From positions 434,001 through 498,000 of the forward strand of contig JANHCV010000001.1 in NCBI GenBank assembly GCA_025594325.1: a DNA stretch of 64,000 nucleotides. Direction: 5' to 3'. The stretch's first letter is position 1, and each line of letters begins with the position of its first letter. The position numbers and the translations under genes are program-made. The notes below the pieces were generated by a model. That model was not told where the DNA came from, did no database searches, and saw only the letters and a list, made by a program, of their open reading frames with translations. Shown here one piece after another: positions 59,077 through 64,000 of the stretch. Source of the stretch: Blastocladiella emersonii ATCC 22665 (taxonomy: Eukaryota; Fungi; Blastocladiomycota).

Positions 59077-61858
59077 TCAATAAAACGGCGGCGCATACCG
59101 CGTCGACGTCGCGTACACGATACTCGCGAGCACGAGCCCCGGCGCCGCGGACCGCCGGTAGTCGGCCGCCCACATGCGGATCCTCTCTCTCCCCGGCGTG
59201 GGCGGCGCCAGCGCCTCGACCCGCCGAACCTTGACCGCGAGCACCGCCATCACGAACGCGTGCGCGACGAGCCCGGTCCCCGCGAGCGCCGCGAGCAGCA
59301 CCGCGCGCAGCGTCCACGCCGGCGTGACACCGCCGTGTCCCGGGACCGCGAGCTGCATCAGCGCGGCGAGCGCGAGGCTCGACAGCGTCGCGAACCGCGC
59401 TACCATCGTGTGCTGCGTCCGGTCCACCTGCAGCCGCACCGACGCGTGCCATTGCCGCACCACGGCTGGGAGGGGTGGTGGCGCGGGGTCGGAGGAGACG
59501 ATGGCGGGGCTGTCGGCTTCGGGGATCGGCGACCCCGAGCCCGGCCGCGAGCTGACGGGCGACGTGGGCGACGACGCGGATGCGGGTTCCGAGATCACGG
59601 GCGACGACGGGACGCCCGCGGGCGCGATGCTCGGGCGCGACCCGTTCAGGTCCGCCGTGACGACGACGGGGCGGAATCGCGGCGCCTGCGGCGAGGGCGG
59701 GACGTGCGGCGACGCCGGCTGCTGCGCGTGCCTGGTCTGCGGCACGGCGACGGGGCGGAGGTGCGACGGGTAGTGTGAGATCGAGTGGCGGAAATTCCGT
59801 GGCGACTGCCTCGCGCGGTCCGCGAACGGGCTCGGCGGCGCCGCGAGGTGCGGGGGCGGGGACCCCGACCCGGACCCGCTCGCGGCCGCGAGCTGCTGCT
59901 GCGACGACACGTCGTTCCACGAGCTGGCCATGGCGCGGCCGAGCGTCGGGAGCGGCGCCTCGACGAGGTTGCCGAAACTCGTGCGCATGCCCGGATCGTC
60001 ACCGTCGTCCGCGTCGCCCTCGTCTTCGTCCTCTTCGGGGACCACGGATTCGCTCAGCGTCAGCCGGCTGCCCTCCTCGCCGCCGTCCTCGCGCGCGCCG
60101 TTACCGCCGACCTTGCGCATCGCGTCGCTGATGCGTTCCGGGATCGCCGTCAGGCCCGCGGCGATGGACGAGGTCATGGACGCGCTTGACCGTTTGCGCC
60201 CGACCATCCCGACCATCCCGGCGCCCCCGCCTCCGCCGCCGGTGAAGGACGTCCGCCGCGCGCTGCTGCTGCGCCGCGACTGGCTGAACGGCGACGCGGG
60301 CGCCGTCGAGTGGACGGGTGACCGGAGCGACGAGTCGGGCGTGTGCGCGCTGCCCGAGTGCGTCGGCGAGTGGGGGTGCGTGTCGGCTGCCGCTGCCGTC
60401 GACACGATTTTGCTGGACTCGGAAACCGTGGCCTTGACGTGGTCCGGCACGCCGACCATGATCGAGACGCGGCGCGGGATCGAGATGCGGCGCATGATCG
60501 AGGCCGAGCGCGTAGGTAAAGTCGGGATACGGGCGGACCCGACACCATCGCCCGTCAAACTCGCCGTCGTCGAGTTGGCCGATTCGGGCGACAACAGCGC
60601 GCCCGTGTACAGGTCGGTGAGGGCGACGCGGTGGTTGAAGGCGAGCAGCGCGTCGTCGACGATGCCCGAGTCCTTGATGGCGACGATGGCCAGGTTGAAG
60701 ACGGACGTGATGATCAGCGCCGGGTAGTCGGTCATGTTGTCGAGTGTGATGGACGTCACGGTCAGGTCCTCGAGGATCTACACTGGTTCGAATCAGCCAG
60801 CGTGCATGTGGAGCGAGAGTGGCCCGTACCCGCAATCCGAATGAGAGCCAGCAATCGTCCTGGCCAAAGATCATGCCCATGGATACCTCGGCCATGAGCA
60901 CGACGCTGCCCATCACGGCGCGCGTCATAGCGAGCGTGGTCGCGTGCGCGACGGGTCCCGCGCCCGCGAGAAACGACGCGAGCACCTTTGCCGAGTTGAT
61001 CTCCATGCCGCGGAACAAAAAGTACCCCGAGCAGTAAATGTAGACGAGGTCGGCGTGGGTGCGGATCGCGTCGACGGTCCCCGCGCGCGTGTGGGCGATC
61101 CCGAGCACCGTGTAGACGACGAGCGTGAGGACGACGGTCCCCGAGAGCGCGACCGTGGCCCACTCCTTGTGCAGGAGGACGCCGACCCACATGGACAGCG
61201 AGACGGCGATCGACAGGTGCAGCGGCGTGTGCAGTTTCGCGGTCGGCGAGGTCGGGCACGCCCGCGGGATCCACCAGCGTAGCATGAGCGGGGTAACGAT
61301 GCTCGCGAAGCTGAAGCTGACCGACTCGCTCACGGCGTTGATGAAGGCCGGGTTCCACCAGTCGCCCTCGACGTACGGGACCGCGGTCTGGATCGGCGAC
61401 CCGTCCTCGTGCGGCGAAAAGTAGTTGAGGATGACCGTCGCCTCGACGACGATCCGCAGGACGAGCGAGGCGATGAAGGCGATCCCCCAGATTGTAAAGA
61501 AGACGACAGACGTGCGCCCGTGTCGTGGTGGCGGTTGCGCGGTCGGGTGGTCCGCGGCGGACGCCTGTTGCTCGCCGCTCGGTCGGGTGGCGTATTGCGA
61601 TAGCATTCTTGGAAAGAGCGTGGGGCACCCGACGACATACGTGTAGATGATGAGCAGCGTGGTGACGACCCACGCGGCCTGGACGTGGCCGAGCTGGATG
61701 AGGTGTCCGCTGCCCGACTCGGGGTAGTGGACCAGGTAGTACTGCTCGGTCAGGTGCAGGCCGCGCCACACGGCCGTCGACGCGAGCGCGTAGGTGGTCG
61801 TGACGCCAATCGAGCGGACAAACGGATTGATTGCATGTGGTTCATTGCGTGTGCTCAT
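59077..61858 (-). CDS. Unknown polytopic membrane protein with a long Ser/Pro-rich loop; complement(join(59077..60777,60830..61858)), 909 aa
   Basis: A 52-nt GTACGG..CTGAT..TAG phase-0 intron joins two long ORFs. About 10 hydrophobic segments before the loop and 2-3 after. Confidence 0.7.
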
Positions 61859-62308
61859 GGCGTGGCGGGGAGTGAGGATGTGGTCCGTCGCGTTGCCCCC
61901 GCCGTTGAGTCACGCCGGCCGGCCATCGATACGCGATATAATTGTGCGCGACCACATGCGCGTGTCTCGCACATTGGCAGGGCCGGACGCGTCTCGCGCG
62001 TGGCGCAACGCGTCTCCCACGGGCCGGCCCGACCGCCGGGACCCGATGAGTCCACCACGTGACGCAAGCCGGATTGTCTCCCCCGGGTCCGCGGCCGATT
62101 CCGAGGTGTTGCACCCGCGAGTCCCGGCTCCGCTCTCCCTCCCACCCTGCGGCGCCGCTCACGGCCCTCCCATGCAGCCTGCTACTTAAGCGACCGCGCG
62201 CCACGAAGCCCCAGCGCCGCTGATCCACCGCGGACGCTACGACGGTCTCCTGTAACCCATCACAACGACGAGTGCTCGTGCTCCGACACGACCAACGACA
62301 CGATCACC

Positions 62309-64000
62309 ATGACGCGCACGTCCAACGAGTACTCGATGGCCAAGCAGGGCCCCGAGACCGACGAGTCCATCGTCAAGGCCATCCCCGACGAGGAGGAGGT
62401 CAAGCTCAACCCGAGCAGCGACGAGGAGGGTTCGTAATCCCGTTTACCGACCTCTCCGCCGTGATCGCACCACTGATGACGTGTGCGATGACGTGTAGCG
62501 CCCGCCAAGACGCAGGCGCAGATCCTCGAGGACGCGCCCGACGGCGGCCTGAGAGCGTGGCTCGTCGTGCTGTCGTCGTTCCTGGTCCACGTCGTGACCT
62601 TTGGTACGGCCCTTCGTCGCCTCGATCGACCTCACGTTCCATAGCAGCATCGGCGGAACGTCACGCCGCCTCGCATCGCTGCCGATGGCCACGCGGGCCG
62701 ATCAGCGTCCCTGCGTCTTAGCTCCAAACTCAATCGGGCGACGGATCACTGACCGGCCCTGCCTTTGCCGCACCGCCGCCCTGCCCAACCGTAGGCATCC
62801 AGTACTCGTTTGGCGTGTACCAGTCGTACTATGTCAACAACACGTTCAAGGGCCGCGCAACACCGGCCGAGATTGCCCTGATCGGCACGGTACGCACGCG
62901 AGTCTCCGCCTCGGTTCCCCGCCGCCCCGCGCTCACTCGTCACCGCCCGCCCCGTCTAGGTCGGCTTCGCGGCCATCTTCTGCATCGGCATCTTCAGCGG
63001 CAAGATCGCCGAGGCGTACGGGTACCGCCAGACGGTGCTGGTTGGGTCCGTGACCATGGTGGTCGGCCTGGTCCTCGCCGCCTTCAGCACCGAGCTGTGG
63101 CAGCTGCTGCTGACGCAGGGCCTGATCGTCGGTCTCGGCAGCAGTCTGGTGTACTACCCGGCGGTCTCGATCCCGTCGCAGTGGTGGCGGAAACGGCGGT
63201 CGCTCGCCACGGGGATCGCGGTCGCCGGGTCGGGGCTCGGCGCGCTGGGGATTGTGCCCGCGAGCGACGCGATGCTGATCCACCTCGGGCTCAAGTGGAC
63301 GCTGCTCGCGACGGCGGCCTTCTCGTTCGTGTTCCTCGCGATTGCCGTCGCGCTCCTCGAGACGCGCGTCCCGCACCGCCGCCGCCAGCTGTCCGAGGTG
63401 ATGCGCACGCTCGTCGACTTCTCGCAGTTCAAGAACCCGCAGTTCGTCCCGCTGCTCGTCGGCGTGTTCCTCAACCCGTTCGCGTACCTCCTGCCGTTCT
63501 ACTTTGTGCCATGTACGGCTTCCGCGACGCGTCAATGCGAACTCGGGCGCTAACCCCTCGCGCTCACCGTGTAGCGTACGTCCAGTACCTCGGCCTCGAG
63601 CGGTCATGGGGCCCGCTGCTCCTGAACATAATCAACGCCATGTCGATTGTGGGCCGGATCGCGGTGGGTGCCGTGGCCGATCGCATTGGCAACGTGAACG
63701 CGCTGTTCCTCGCATGCATCGGCGAAGCCGTTTCCTGCATCGGGATCTGGATGTGGTCCGCGACCCCGGGGATGCTCATCTTCTTCGCCATCTTCTTCGG
63801 GCTCGCGGGCGGCGGGTTCGTGAGCCTGATGCCGAGCGTGTCGGCGCAGGTGTGCGGCGTGCAGAACCTCGCCGCGACCATCGGCCTCGTGTACACGGCG
63901 CTGTCGGTCGGGCACCTCGCGGGCCCGCCGCTGGCCGCGCTGCTCGTCGACAACTCGGTCGACCCGGCGACCGCCGTGGTGCCCGCGGGCGGGTACGCCG
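62309..64000 (+). CDS. MCT/Mch transporter copy C, multi-exon, truncated by the window end
   Basis: APDGGLRAWLVV, GIQYSFGVYQ, SQWWRKRRSLATGIAVAGSGLG. Confidence 0.87.

Overview
GC-rich, intron-rich eukaryotic DNA (short introns, GTRYGY donors, CTRAC-like branch points, YAG acceptors). Flagellar genes (LRGUK, EVG1-like) next to a chitin deacetylase point to a zoosporic fungus, probably Blastocladiomycota (inference). From about 17 to 64 kb it is mostly housekeeping genes: F-box/RPEL protein, mitochondrial LysRS, SIZ/PIAS SUMO ligase, AP beta adaptin, RPD3-type HDAC, LSM8, chitin deacetylase, three MCT-type MFS transporters, EamA transporter, LRGUK, EVG1, EAF1, UBC6-type E2, SDR, MED10, NYN protein and SPC3. 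The first 15 kb is an accessory, rearranged locus. It holds two long convergent paralogs plus a chimeric stub of a SNF2-RING protein whose ATPase motifs are erased (it most resembles the SNF2 half of DNMT5-type proteins, with no methyltransferase domain). Each of the three copies carries the same ~165-nt upstream non-coding element, whose 44-nt core has an 11-8-11 palindrome that varies only in the spacer. The two long copies share a perfect 447-bp inverted repeat and other identical patches. Family assignments come from recalled motifs, not database searches.
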